The notes under the pieces: generated by a model | The model's database searches: none | Told to the model about the DNA's origin: nothing | Seen by the model: only the letters and a program-made list of their open reading frames with translations | Shown: one piece after another, positions 24,301 through 37,200 of the stretch | Numbering within the stretch: position 1 is the stretch's first letter | Layout: each line of letters starts with the position of its first letter | Position numbers and translations under genes: made by a program | DNA from: Paecilomyces variotii | Taxonomy: Eukaryota | NCBI GenBank assembly: GCA_004022145.1 | Contig: RCNU01000008.1 | Reading direction: 5' to 3' (one strand) | Length of the DNA stretch: 64,000 nucleotides

Positions 24301-25028
24301 TACTATCTTTTTTTATGTGAGCTGAATTGAACATTCGCAGAATCTAGCTCAGTGCAGCAAGAATCAAGAAACAGTACTTATCTTTTACCTATACCCTAAG
24401 AAGCCACGGGTTTATTGTATGTAGTGAGCATGATTTTATAAGATTATCGCCATTTTGGCATGTATCAGTTAGTGCATTCTGCAAACATATTATTGTCCCC
24501 GTTGGTGGAACGCCGGGGTAGGCTCGAAGTTACTCGTTTACAAACATACCCCTTGAGACTTCAACAAAGCTTTACCTCAGTAGAGACCACCATGTTCAAG
24601 CAGAATGACTCCATGGATTACGAAAGCCGTCCTTCACTACGAATGGTCGCCAAGGGCCTACAGCAACTACACAAGGGCACCTACCGGTCAACTACGCATG
24701 CCACTTACCTGAACCACATGGCCTGAACCATATGGTATGGACAGCACGATGACCACTACGACGATCCCTCTTATCATCCGTACAGCATACAGAATGGTGC
24801 CTGGTCGGCAACCCCTCCCATGAGGAAAGAAAAGAGAATGCCCGAAAGGCATTGGTCTGTTCGGTAATGAATCAATTTCTTATAGCTGCAGGCTACTCCA
24901 AATTGACCATTACCCAGCCACCACGCTGACTTGCTCGCCGGCAAGTAACTCGCTCCATCACTGGAGCGAGTCGTCCATCATGAGTTCCTCCCTTCCGTTA
25001 TTTCCTTTTTGTCGGTTTCGATCAGGGC

Positions 25029-25644
25029 TTATGCCACAAGCTGGATGCTACCACCAGCTTCCTTGATCTTACGCTCAGCCTCACGGCTGACGTAGCGAGC
25101 CTTCACAACAACGGGGATCTCGGGCAGACGGCCCTTGCCCAGAAGCTTGGAATAGCCAAGGGCGAGAAGGTCGATGACGGGGGCAGTGTCCTGGGCGGTG
25201 TTGTTCTCGGCCAGGTACTTTTCGCGGATCTCCTCAGGAACGATAGACCAGAGCTGGAAACGATTGCATTAGCGACGAGTATCAAAATGGGGTACCATGC
25301 GGAATTGCTCACCTTGTCGAGGTTGAGGACTGGCTTCCACAGGTGGTTGCGGAGGAGGTGGAAGCGTCTCATACCAACCTGCTTGAGTCAGTAAAAGATC
25401 CTGAAGGTACGCGACCGCTCTTTACTCACTTTACCGAAGTAACCAGGGTGGTACTTGTCCAAGTTGGTTCGGTGGTGGTGCTGACCACCGGCCATACCGC
25501 GACCACCGGGGTGCTTGCGGTGCTTGCCAATACGACCGTGTCCGGCAGAGACATGGCCACGGCTGATTTCGTCAGTACTGTGGAAAATAGATATCGAGAT
25601 GGAGGCACTTACTGCTTCCTGGTCTTGGTCAAACGGGTAGGCAT
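25029..25644 (-). CDS. rpl28: 60S ribosomal protein uL15 (L28/L27a), 3 introns
   Basis: [62 protein letters not shown]...LNLDK|LWS...[26 protein letters not shown]. Confidence 0.97.
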
Positions 25645-25740
25645 TTTGGTGGTCCGCGTTTGTCTGTTGTCGCTGAGTCGCAGTGAAGTTGGATAGAATC
25701 GAGCAAATATCGATCGCTTCTTGTGCGCTTATGTAATTAG

Positions 25741-25766
25741 ATCACGTGATGTGATCATAGCCCTCA
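25741..25766. promoter_or_regulatory. Cbf1-type E-box (ATCACGTGAT) next to a Tbf1-like site (TAGCCCTCA) upstream of rpl28
   Basis: Both motifs lie ~100-120 bp upstream of the ATG. The second differs by one base from TAGCCCTAA. Confidence 0.5.
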
Positions 25767-26869
25767 TCAGGCCAATGCACTTCTCATGGATTGATCTCAC
25801 CTGGAAAATAGGATAATAGAGTCAGTAAGATCGGTATATTTCAACTGGCGATGCGTATTTCTGAATACGTACTGCAACGAGATCTAGCAATGTCACCCGC
25901 AACCTACAACTACAAGCTCTCCCTGGCCTTTCCACATATTTGATCCATATTCTCTCCGCAAGTCCAGCCCATCCTATTTGCAAAAAGTTGTTCCACGATC
26001 AGCAAATATTCCTCGTAGCTCAGGCATTTCAGTTCTGGAGCCTGCGTCTCATATAATTCACCCGCCTGGCGCGATGTTTTGTTGCACTTCCGCTGGAGAA
26101 AGCCTGACTGCTTGGTATAGGCCCAGCCGATCCTCGAGGTTATTGATATCTGTAGAGTCTGAACGGAAGAAATCTTAGATTGTGGGCCTGGAATATAGCC
26201 ATATTCCCATTTGGTCGTTACAAAGCCAATCATTTTGTTCTGACTAATTGGATACGCGATGAAGTGCTTTCCAAATGCTATTATCCATAAAAAGCTATTT
26301 ATTCCTAGAAACATATATAGAAAATATTAAACTCCCGCTTCTTTCTATACGTATCCAAGAATACATCCAAAAGGCTTAAGCTTAAAGGCCCGCGCACAAG
26401 CACTCTACCTAACGTTGTGGTGACGCCCAAAAAAACTGGCCCACATTGTATGGGGAAAATGGCATGTTGCGATTTTCCCATACAAAATCGTTCCCCCTCA
26501 GCAACTTCTGTACACCTGAACCGTTGCACGCAGATTCCAGCCCCAACTGACCCCGGTGGATATATATGTGAAGGCGAACTATCGACGGGAGGTATCAACT
26601 GGCACAGAAGTATTCTTGAGTAGATACATAGATGCTTTTCTTCTAAGTATGGAGCCGACCCAAAGATTGAAAAGCGATGGGCTCCCCCACAAGGAGCTCA
26701 GCTTATCGATAAGGCAGAGGCAAAAAGACCTTGCCGGCCCGAGCTTTTGTCCGGCTATTTTTCCTGCCAGAGATGATGACCGCCATCGCTTCGTTCTTCT
26801 ACTATACACGTCGAATACAAGCTTAGACAGACTTTGATTCAATTGTCAATCTGATCTCTATAGGCCGGC

Positions 26870-28275
26870 ATGTCAGGCTCGGCCGGTGGCGAAGATGCGC
26901 TCTTGAGTGAGCTGTGTACGATATGGTAAGTCTGATTATAGCCCATTCCATCTTCTATTGTTGCTGAACGAATGAAACGAACGAGAAACTAATTTACCAC
27001 TCCATTCCATAGTCACATCAACGCGCCTAAATATCGCTGCCCCCGGTGCTCGATCCGCACCTGCTCCCTCCCCTGCACCCGCCGCCACAAGCTCTGGTCG
27101 CAATGCTCTGGGGTGCGCGATCCCGCCGCATACCTGAAGCGCCACGAACTGGCGAACCCGACTGCCTTTGATCGCGACTTTAACTTCATTACTGGCATCG
27201 AGCGGAGCTTGGAGCGAGCTGAGAGGGAAGTTGAGCGTCGTGGTGTTACGCTCCCCAGTGAAGAGGAGCTGGCTCTGAATGCAGATGAAGAAGGGGTCGG
27301 GGCTGCGCCGGGGGCTGGGAAGAAGAGGAAGAGAGAGACACTGGTCAAGGGCGAGGCGGGCTTCTTACGGGGTGCAGAGGCCAGTGGTGTTAGGGTGGTG
27401 AGGGCCCCTAGGGGCATGACTAGGAATAAGGAGAATACGTCGCGGTGGCACCTGAAGTATGTCCTTGCAGGTCTTGGGGGGGCGACAGCGGTCGAGCTTG
27501 GTACTAACTTACTTACAGACACAAATGCCTTAGCTGGACAGTGGAATGGGTAGCCCCGGATGGTCAGAGAACGAGGAGGAATTGCAGCGAGACATGCACC
27601 ATCGCTGAAGCCTACGATCGGATATATCCTCCTCCCAAAGAAGAAAAGCAGACCCGGAGCGCGCAGAGTACCGATTCAACAACTCCTACAACACTAACAG
27701 CTCAGGAAGGCAACCCCGAGACACGCCGGGGGCAGGAGAAGGACGAAGAAGCGAGCCATAATATCGACAACGGCGACGCCCGAGCTCCAGCGCCGCCAGA
27801 CGCAGAGACACCCGGAATCCCAGCAGCAGAAACATCACAGCCTGAATCTGGGCCTCAAGATCGACCACAATCATCGTCGACTCCAGCTGTCCATCGGGGT
27901 CTCTACTTCTACCTCCACCGACCACGAACCGCTACAAAACAAACCGTCCTCATACCTCTCCGTCCTAGCAATACTTTTACGGCCTCTCTCCGCGATCGAG
28001 TCGTTCTCGAATTTCCCACCGTCTTTGTCCTTCCACAATCACCACAGGACCTCTCACAATCACGAAAGGAAAAGGAGGAAGAAGTGATAGACTGTCAGTA
28101 TCTGTTGGAGGAGGATTACCTGCGCATTTACGGACCACCACCGGAAGAAGAATCAAAGCCCAGAGAAGAGAGTGAGGAGGAAGGGGCAGTAAACGAATCC
28201 ACGATGACCGGTCTGCCTGATGTAGATGAGAAAAAGGTACTTGAGGTTTTGCAGCAAGATCTCGCACAGGCATGA
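26870..28275 (+). CDS. bcd1: Box C/D snoRNP assembly protein Bcd1-like (zf-HIT), 2 introns
   Basis: LCTIC|HINAPKYRCPRCSIRTCSLPCTRRHKLWSQCSGVRD (zf-HIT), FDRDFNF, APRGMTRNKENTS, WTVEW, LRDRVVLEFPTVFV. Confidence 0.9.
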
Positions 28276-29460
28276 TTTCCTGCTGTTCTTTCGAGCGGAA
28301 GACAGTTAGTATATAGTTCGCATCTATGGAGTTAGTGTCTAGCAATGGCTTATACGGTTCGATTCTCAACAATTCCGGACGGGACTACTACTACCAAGAC
28401 ATCATTTGGCAGCTCTCGCGAATCATTTGTCAGTATGGGACCGATACACCACCAGTCTCTGGCCAATACGTGTAGTGCCCTATCGGCTGCCAGACGAGAG
28501 ACTGGTCAGGCTCTTATACGGTCCATATTGCCATTTCTTCGGTAAGAGAGTCGAGTTACCGTAACAGCGACATCTAGGACATTGGATTGTCGAGGTCACG
28601 CAGGTCAGATACGTGGGCATTGTGGCGGACGGGTAGCATCGTGGACCTTTACGTCAACATCATTACCTGCAAGAAGGGACTCCGGTGTACTCATTTACTT
28701 TCGCTGGTCACACCTGGCCGCACACGCGCCAGTGTCCCGGCCTTGTAGCTCTATGGCAGGAAGGGCATCGCGGAGCAGCTACTCAGCTCGTGGAAATCGA
28801 AGAGATATGGTAAGAAGCGCAACCCCGGTAATCTGGTAGTCGATCAGGGTTCCTGTGTTATTCTTCAGTGAACAAAATATGCATCACCCAAGGGACAACT
28901 ATATATCAAAATGTCAAGCAACGCCAACTCCAGCAGGGTATCTAAGAATCGCAATACCGAACACAACGCCGTACAACCAAACTCAAAAATGCAGCGATAT
29001 ATTCATCCTGGGAACCCAAAAAACAAAGCATCAAGCTTATTTAGATATGCAGCCTTGCGGTTGCAGAGGAATATAGGAATTTCCGGTTATGCACGCCGTA
29101 GTATGCGCACTTCGTCCAGAACCAGGGAAGCCCTGAGGCTCATGAAGTGACAATTATCGGCGGCACGCCTTCCATCCATTGTTGGATGGGATGCGGATAT
29201 TGTTCAGTGATAAGGCATCACTGATACAACACATCCGAAAGTGGAGTGGACCTCGTCTAGAACCGCCTGTTGACAGCATACTGTCATATCATGGCGCTCT
29301 GAAACCGTCGGTGGAGCCGCTTAGAGAGACATCGCTGTGCACGGCAACAGTATGGCAATCAAGTAGGAGAAATCCCGGTTTCCAGGATTCAACTCCTCGA
29401 GTTGGTAAAGTCAAGAAGGCTCAGATTAGATCTGAATCGATCTAACCAACCACTGAAACC

Positions 29461-31051
29461 TCAAGTTATGACGCTGCTGCTCTCGGAAGCAGTGTCTGGA
29501 AGATCGCGAGCATCCTCTCTGCCGGCAACGGGGGAGAGAAGCTCAGTGGATACTGTAGCCGGCTGCGTCCGTACTTCATCATCCTGGGCAACCTCTTGAG
29601 CAACATCCGTTTGGGTTTCGCCATTTCGGTGGCTTCGCTTGGAGCTAGTAGGCGACAGATTCGAGCGCTCAGAGCGGCTAGGCTTCAGCTTGACACGACC
29701 ACGTTCAAGGGCACGGAGAAGCGTCTGGAACTCATCAACCGTAACAATTCCCTTGAGCTTGCTCATAGTCTCATCCGAGATATCAGACGAATGAGCGTTC
29801 CAACCAAGTTGATCCATCTCTTCCGACTTCACCGACTTCGACTCTATCGAAGGTCCAGTGACCAGTCGATGCAAAGCTGAGGCTGAGGGTAAAGTAGTGA
29901 TGGGAATTCGAGCGATTTTGGCTGGCTTCTGCTTCGAGCTGGAAGAGACAGACACTTCCTCCTGCTGACGCTTTGGAGGGCGCGCAGTGATACGGCTACC
30001 GGGGCCATCGCCGACTTCATTTCGAATCTTGTAGTAGACAAGACCAAGAGTCGCAGCGAGAGCTTGGTGACACGCTTCCGGATAGAGTCTCGCCGCTTCT
30101 GCACGGGTCAGATTAAGGGGATTCTCACTCGAATCGCTCGAATCGCTGTCGTTTGGGAGAAGGTCATCGGAGGGCTGCATTCGGCCCCAGTAATGATAGC
30201 CTTCCAGTTGGTAAAATTCGGCTAATTGGGCCAGCCGATGAACTGGAAAAGAGGTTTTTGTTAGGATCGTCTGGGTAAATTATCAGTAAGTATTACTCAC
30301 TGCGACTTCTTTTCTTCAGACACCAAAAGCGCCAGACGGTTCGTGGGAAATACTCTGGGTAGCGAAGGGAACCGTCCTCTTCGAGCACGGGTACAGGTGT
30401 TATCGGAGCATGGATAGTGTGAGCAAGCGAGTTGAAGCGGACACGTTCCATGTGCTTCATGTGCGACTCCATCATCGAAAAGCGTTTGAAGACGGCACCG
30501 AAATGATGTGACGTCTCACGCTGCAAGCTCATCAAATCGGTGCGAAGGTTGCTGACCGCGGTATGGAGTTTGCTGATCTCGACTTGGCAGCCACAGACAT
30601 CAGTCTGAAGCTGCTCAAGATCAATCTGCACCTGGTCGACATTCTTCTGAAGACGGTCGACATCGTTGCGAAGGAAGATAGTATCGGTTCCGAGCTGGCC
30701 AATGTTGGATTTCAGCTGTGTGATTCCCGACCGAAGTTGATCGACGTCGGTCCTCAGAAGAGCCACATTGATGTCGATGCGGCTGGAGATAGTGCGTTGT
30801 GCTTCAAATTCGCGACGGATGTAGTCGTCCTCACGGTTCCGACGATCGACGTAGTTATCCTTAGTCAAGACGCTGGAACGAAGGTCGGACACGCGAGAAT
30901 CCAAATGGTTGATGCGGTCATGGAGATGTAGAAGAGCAGGATCGGAGACGGTCGGTGGTGTGGACTCTCTTTTCATCGAAAGTCTGGGACTAGACATAGT
31001 CATCGAGCCGCTGGAAGCCCGCGAGAGGCTTCTCTCGATAGTGGTGGTCAT
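29461..31051 (-). CDS. Uncharacterised coiled-coil protein; intron ~30244-30300
   Basis: Heptad-rich segment (LRTDVDQLRSGITQLKSNIGQL...), then FNSLAHTIHAPITPVP..YFPRTVWRFWCLK, spliced to LAQLAEFYQL... Start at MTTTIERS is inferred. Confidence 0.8.
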
Positions 31052-31721
31052 GGAGACGGACTGGCGTGTAGACGGGAGAATATTGGGCCGTGTGAGTGTG
31101 TCTGTGTGTGTGTAAACCCGTCTAGACGCGTATAGAATCCATAGCAGCGATGGAGAAGGCTTCAGTGAAGGCGGTGGAGATGGTAAGGGCGATGATGGTG
31201 ATGAAGAGACTGAAGGCAGAGAGTGAAACTGGCTCGAGGAGGTGGGCGACGGGAGGCTGACGCTGCGACCGTGAGAGGAGAACTTCCTTTTCTGGCTTTC
31301 TCCTCCCGTCTCCGTCACACGACGCCAAGCCCTGCGTGGCGACCATCACACTAGCAGTAATTAATCAACCACCAGCTAGTCTAGTAATATTATTACATCT
31401 CGTCAGCCAGGATTATCTATTCATTTATATTAGATGGGTATTACTATCTGCGGAGATATGAGAATGCAGAAATTACTGTTTAGTCCATTATACTTCTATA
31501 CAAATAATAGAGGAAGGCAATATAAAGGTCGCGTTGGACAGACAGTACAGAACGTTCTTGCCATACAGGCCCCTGGGACCTGTCTGCTCTTGCATTTCTC
31601 GTAAACCAGTTCCTCCATAATAATATTTTCAATATAGAGACTTACTTCCCCAGGCCACGCACAGAGACATTAAAACCTGCATGATCAAGATACATTGCAT
31701 TATCATTTCGGAAAAGAAACC

Positions 31722-32975
31722 ATGATTCCTCATTTCCCAATCTCATCTACTCTATGGACCATCGTACTGACGATCCTATCGCAAGTGCACGCAAACCATC
31801 CAAGCTGCGAATGCTATATCGTCTCCGGACCAGAACCAGGATACTTCCAAAACTACCGTTTCTGGGACTTTCGCTACGTGCCTCCGGAGCCTGAGTTGGC
31901 TAAAGAATACCAATTCTCTCCGTTAGGAAACAATGCTGGTGCCGCCAAGTATAACGAAGCTAATGGACCTTTGCTGAAAAGGCCAATTCTGTTGAGAGAC
32001 ACAAAGTTCGCGGACGAATGGACCGTTCAGAGTTGGAGTCGGGAAGGTTCAAGTCTCTTTCCAGTACCTATTGTTAATTCGGAGCGGAATGTTTTCATCA
32101 CGAATGATCCGTGGCATGAGGATGCAACGAATCTGGTGTTTCGGACGACCAGGCTAGATGACTATTCTTCTACGGCGGAGATAGAGACTCGGTTGCGGAA
32201 TATCTTGCACTGCTCTGTTCGTGTGCGACTGCGTCTGTTTGCTGGAGATGGCATTCTTCAACCCCCAATTTGGGGAAAATCCGTCAGCAATCAAGAAGAC
32301 GAAGATCCGGATGTATCTGTGGAACCAAAAGTGTCAGCGAGTCCTCCTAGCGGTGCATGTGCGGGGATATTCACGTACCATTCCACGACAAGCGAGTCGG
32401 ATATCGAAATCCTCACTTCAGATCCTCCTTATCGCATCCATTACGCCAATCAGCCTGACTACGACCCCATCACGGATGAGATGATCCCAGGTGCGAGTAC
32501 CGTAGTAGATCTTCCCGTTCGCTGGACCTCGTGGGCAACGCATCGTCTCGATTGGTTCTCGAGTAATTCCCGCTGGTGGGTAGATGGCATCATCCAGGAG
32601 AGAAAGACATACTCCGTTCCCTACAATCCCAGCATGTTAGTGATCAATCTCTGGAGTGATGGCGGAAATTGGACTGGCAACATGTCTGTGGGAGACAGCG
32701 TCTATATGGGTATCGAATCGATTGAAATCGCCTACAATGCCACCACGGACGGTGCTGATATTTCTGATGAATTGCCCAACCGCAGACACCCGAATCACAT
32801 CTTGCGTGCAAACATGGCGAATGAGTTTGTCAGGGAGGAAGATCCGGAAGAGTCGTTGCTCAAGTCTGACGGAAACGAGGGAATTGAAATTCACAAAGGA
32901 TGCAGAGTGGCTTGTCGGATCGACGATGTCCAGCAGAAAGGATTCCCGGAGGTTGTATATGACTATTCTGCCTAG
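31722..32975 (+). CDS. Secreted glycoside hydrolase family 16 protein
   Basis: Hydrophobic N-terminal signal, GIFTYHS..ESDIEILT (ExDxE catalytic motif), HRLDW, INLWSDGG.WTG. Confidence 0.88.
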   Translation: MIPHFPISSTLWTIVLTILSQVHANHPSCECYIVSGPEPGYFQNYRFWDFRYVPPEPELAKEYQFSPLGNNAGAAKYNEANGPLLKRPILLRDTKFADEWTVQSWSREGSSLFPVPIVNSERNVFITNDPWHEDATNLVFRTTRLDDYSSTAEIETRLRNILHCSVRVRLRLFAGDGILQPPIWGKSVSNQEDEDPDVSVEPKVSASPPSGACAGIFTYHSTTSESDIEILTSDPPYRIHYANQPDYDPITDEMIPGASTVVDLPVRWTSWATHRLDWFSSNSRWWVDGIIQERKTYSVPYNPSMLVINLWSDGGNWTGNMSVGDSVYMGIESIEIAYNATTDGADISDELPNRRHPNHILRANMANEFVREEDPEESLLKSDGNEGIEIHKGCRVACRIDDVQQKGFPEVVYDYSA

Positions 32976-34120
32976 GCAGCTTATTAGCTTGGTAAAAAAA
33001 GCACTATACGAATTAGCCTTGATTTACATCAACTTGCTAGAAACAGAATGTTCTGAGCTTGCATTAATTCTACCACCGAAAATATCTTCGCGAGCACTTA
33101 GCAAGATCGTAGTCATTCTCATCATGACCTAACAACCATAACACGCAATAAAATGAGGAGTTCGAGGCTTGCAATACGTCGCTAGCAATGGATATGTTCC
33201 GCTAAAGTAATAACTTCCTTCATTATCTCCATTACATATCGTAGAGATCATCTATTCTACAAGGAACTAAGAGAATGCTTTCTGGAATTTTCTCTGTGAT
33301 TCGTATCAGTGGGCTTCAAGGCACCACGGTCCCCTATCGGGGTACATGCTTCAAGAGGCAGGACAAAAAAGCAAAACAGGCCCCCCAGGGAAAAGTAAAA
33401 TTACTGAGAAAGAACCGAAAAAAGTACCGAAGAACAAAAACAATCACCCGGAACGCCCAAACTCTCTTCGCTTTGTTTATGTCAACGTGAACAGTCAGGA
33501 GCCCAAGCTCAACTGACGGGGTATCAACCCGTAGAGAAAAAAATAGAACACCACGGCCGGACAGCACCAGGACAGGACAGGGAGAAAAGAACAGAATAGT
33601 CAGCAGGGAAGTAAAAACCAACCGCGAAGAAACACACAAGAAAACAAAACAATGTACAGGACTCTGGAACGGAGGACACCAGACGATGAACAAAACAAAC
33701 GGACAGTGGATATAGACACCACCACGACTACTTACATGTAACAAAGGTTGGCTGCTGCAAAGCCGGGACAATGGAGGGACTGACCGAAGTCTAGTCCCAT
33801 CGCATTGCCCAACAACAGTGCAGGTCCATTACATGCAATGAAAGTCGCCAGAAGGAAAAGAAACAACAAACGTAAAAGGAATGGACGGTGGCGGGGCTTT
33901 AAAGCCACACAGGGCCACCAAGACTACATACAGAACAACGAGGGAGCTGCATATAGCAGAAATGGAGGTGCCTTCCGAAAAAGGCCCCTTCACACCACCA
34001 CTAATACACAGATCCACATACATGCAAGGAAATTAATGAAAACAGAACGCCCAAAGTACAAAAAGACCGTCTGATGCCCTCCGTTCCGACATAATTCAAA
34101 CTAAAAAACAAGAACAACGA

Positions 34121-34157
34121 CAAACAAAACAAAACAAAACAAAACAAAACAAAACAA
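34121..34157. repeat. (AAAAC)n microsatellite downstream of the Ulp1-type gene
   Basis: caaacaaaacaaaacaaaac... Confidence 0.85.
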
Positions 34158-34213
34158 AAGAAAAGAAAACCAAACCCCGTCCCAACTGCCTCCAGCACCA
34201 ACCTCCCCCGGCT

Positions 34214-37200
34214 TTACAGCCGCAACTCACCGGACTCCCCTGCAGGGTCAAACTCCCCCTCGAGCCCGCCGCGCATCAACTCTGCAACGATCTTCTGTCG
34301 AAGCAGAGGGATGTCGGCTGCCCCGTAGGACAGGGGCTCGAGGCCCACAGCCACTGCCTTGGCCGTGGATAGGAGAAAGACCCCACAGTCGCTGCCATTG
34401 TCTTGCTGCGGGGAGATGGACGGGAGGACGTTCCACTCCTCGTCCACGTAAAGTTGTCCCAGCTCACCACGCAGCCAGCCCTTGGCTAGGGCGACGTAGG
34501 CGGGCGACAGGGAGCCCAGTGAGTCGAAGTGCTCAATCGTCCGGGCGGACGGCTTGACGACCATTAAGGTCCAGTGAGCACTGTTGTGGACCGGGATGAA
34601 GACCGTGTCCACATTGAGGAGGCCTTCTCCTCCAATCTTGGCACGCGTGGCCCATTTTGCGACGCCAGCGTAGCCCTTTTGACGGAGATTGGAGAAGAAG
34701 AAGGTGCTGAAGGCATGGTACTTGGGCTTTTCGTTCCGCCCCGTATTGCCTGAGATTCGTCGGAGGTAGGCAACGATCAATTCGAGGTAGCCATTGATGA
34801 TCTCGTCGTTCAACCATGCCATTGGTTTGTAGCAGGTCATGAGATCCATCTTTGTCAATTTGGCTCCTCGCAAAGTCGTTGCCAGAGGCTCGTCGTCCCT
34901 CTTGGCCATGCTGGTTGCGAGTATATCTTTCCACTGAGCTGGGAGTGGCCGAACAGCTGGCCCCTCAGGCCAAATCCGAGCTGGAGGTTGACGTTGCGCC
35001 TCGGGTTCCTCGACGTCTCGCCAGACGGTGGCGTAGGAGGATTCCTCGCGGGTCGGTTCTCGTTCGACTGCCTCCGGATTGAAGATGCGAACAGCGGAGA
35101 CAGGCTTCCCAAAAGGGACATCGGATTGCAGCCAAGGGGCTGGACCAGCAGCGGTAGGCTCTGGCTCCACTAAGCGCTCTGGAAGAGGGATGTACTCTGG
35201 CCGCAGTTCTTCGTCCTCATCTTCAGGGAGAGGGTAGTCTTCGGGACCTTTCTCGTCGTCGCCGTCTTCTGGGAGAGGATAGTCTTCTGGTCCTTTTTCA
35301 CTATCGCCATCGTCGGGAAGAGGTACCAACTCTGGATACAACAAGGCCGCTAGCTTTTTGTTCTGATCGCCGTCCATGATATGACGCTGCCGTTCAAGCC
35401 TTCTCGTAGTAAATCCTGGAAGCAGTTCACCGTTAAGGTCAGGTTCGATCGTCTGATAGCCCTCCGCGAACCGACGCTGTCGTTCGAGCCTTCTCTCGGC
35501 AAGTCCTGGCAGTGGTCCTTCAAGGTCACGCACAGGTCCAATCTTCCGATCGCCCTCAGCGATCCGACGCTGTCTTTCTCGCCTTCTCTCTTCAAGTCCC
35601 GGCAGTGGTCCAACGTCAAGAATAGGTCCGATCTTCCTAGGCGGCCTCGTGGCAGATTTAGGTTGAGCTGGCTGTGGTATAGGAGAAGTAGTTGGTGGAA
35701 CGGGATGAGTTTCTGAGGTTTCAGTAGTTGGAAGACGTGGTGTGGAGACGATCTGCCCATCCGCTTTCCGTTTGTGTGAAAAAAGTGCCTCAGGTGCTCC
35801 CTTTGATGGCTGTGCTGGTGTGGATGGCTGAGCTGATACAGACGGCTGAGCTAAGGGTGTTGACGGTTTAGGGGGGCGAAACCAAGGAACAACAAATTCG
35901 TTCGGAAAGCGCTCAAGCTTCTTTTTGAGATCTTCCTTTGTACGACGTGTATGGCGACCACGTCTAACTGGCTTCGTGATGCCAGAGGGTTTAGCCCTAG
36001 AACGGCCAGTGACATGAGCGACAGCGCGACCCAGCTTGTACACAGATGCCAGTGTCAATGATTTTGCTATCGCAGATATGGGCCGAGTGATCATAGCTCG
36101 CCGAACGGCTTGCCCGTAGGTGAGAACAGTTGAGGATTTGGCGTGTGCGGAATTCCGCGGAGCAGATGTGGTTGTGTGTTGAAAGGGTACTGATGAAGAA
36201 GATCGCCCGGGCATTCCTGTATCCGACATCTCAAATTGAGACGACGTATGAACTTTCGCCGAAGATGTGCTTGCGAAGGGAGAAGTATGCGGTAGAGAAG
36301 AGGAGTATCCATGAATGTCGGCATTCTCGTCGGAGCTGTCTAACATTTCGATCTCGGAACTGTCTAGTTCATTTCCGGAGCTGTCTGACATTTCGATTTC
36401 AGGGGATTCTGGAGTCTCAAGATAGGAAGATGGCCCGGAACTGTGAAAATGAGGTTGAGACATGTTAGAAGTCTGATAGTTCAGGGAGGAGAGCAGACCA
36501 GCGGTCGGTGTCTCAGGTGGTGGGAGAGTCAAAGCAGAATTCGAATAGTGGTATCCAGAAGGAAGGGATGAATACGAGGCAGTAGATGAGTTGTACTTTT
36601 CAGGTGTGGTCGGTCTGGACGAATTCCACGATCGTCTTCTCTGCCGGTCTCTGTCTCGCGCGGTTTGTCGTCCTCTTGATCCCCTACGCAGGCGACCGTT
36701 CTTTGTACGGTCTCTCTCTTCCGCAGTGTGGCGTCTCTCAAAGAGACTAAGCGCTCGCCGTTTGAACGTGTCGCCCAGGTTGACGGCGCCTTGAACAAAT
36801 TCCATCGCGACGATACCGACTCGACGAGCACCAGGGAAAGCCACCTTGACTTGACGCGCACATGACAACCAATCCTTGTCGCAGAAAAAGGTGACATAGT
36901 CCCCATTGTGTGCCACGAGCTCTTGCTTTTTACCGTCGTTGGAAGAATCTCGGACAGAATGTAAAGGAATGGTGATGCCGTGTTCAGAAACGCGTGGTCT
37001 CGTGTTCAAAGCACCAGACATCAATGCAATTTGGTCTTTCGAGTTGGCGCCTTCATCATTGATGGTACAAGGCTCGTAATGAGGCATGTTCCTCAGCTCA
37101 TCTGCGATTTGCCGGGGCACCCTATCGAGATTGATTTCCCTGGTGATCTCCATTCTATCGTCATCAGGCCAACCGCCCGGAACAGACTGATCCTGTTCAC

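Noticed and set aside
24592-24830. CCACCATG-initiated short ORF with a readable frame beyond TGA
   Set aside because: No recognisable homology, so neither readthrough nor pseudogene status can be supported.
33275-34201. ORFs in the A-rich tract after ulp1
   Set aside because: Low-complexity 3' UTR or intergenic sequence that gives compositional ORFs.
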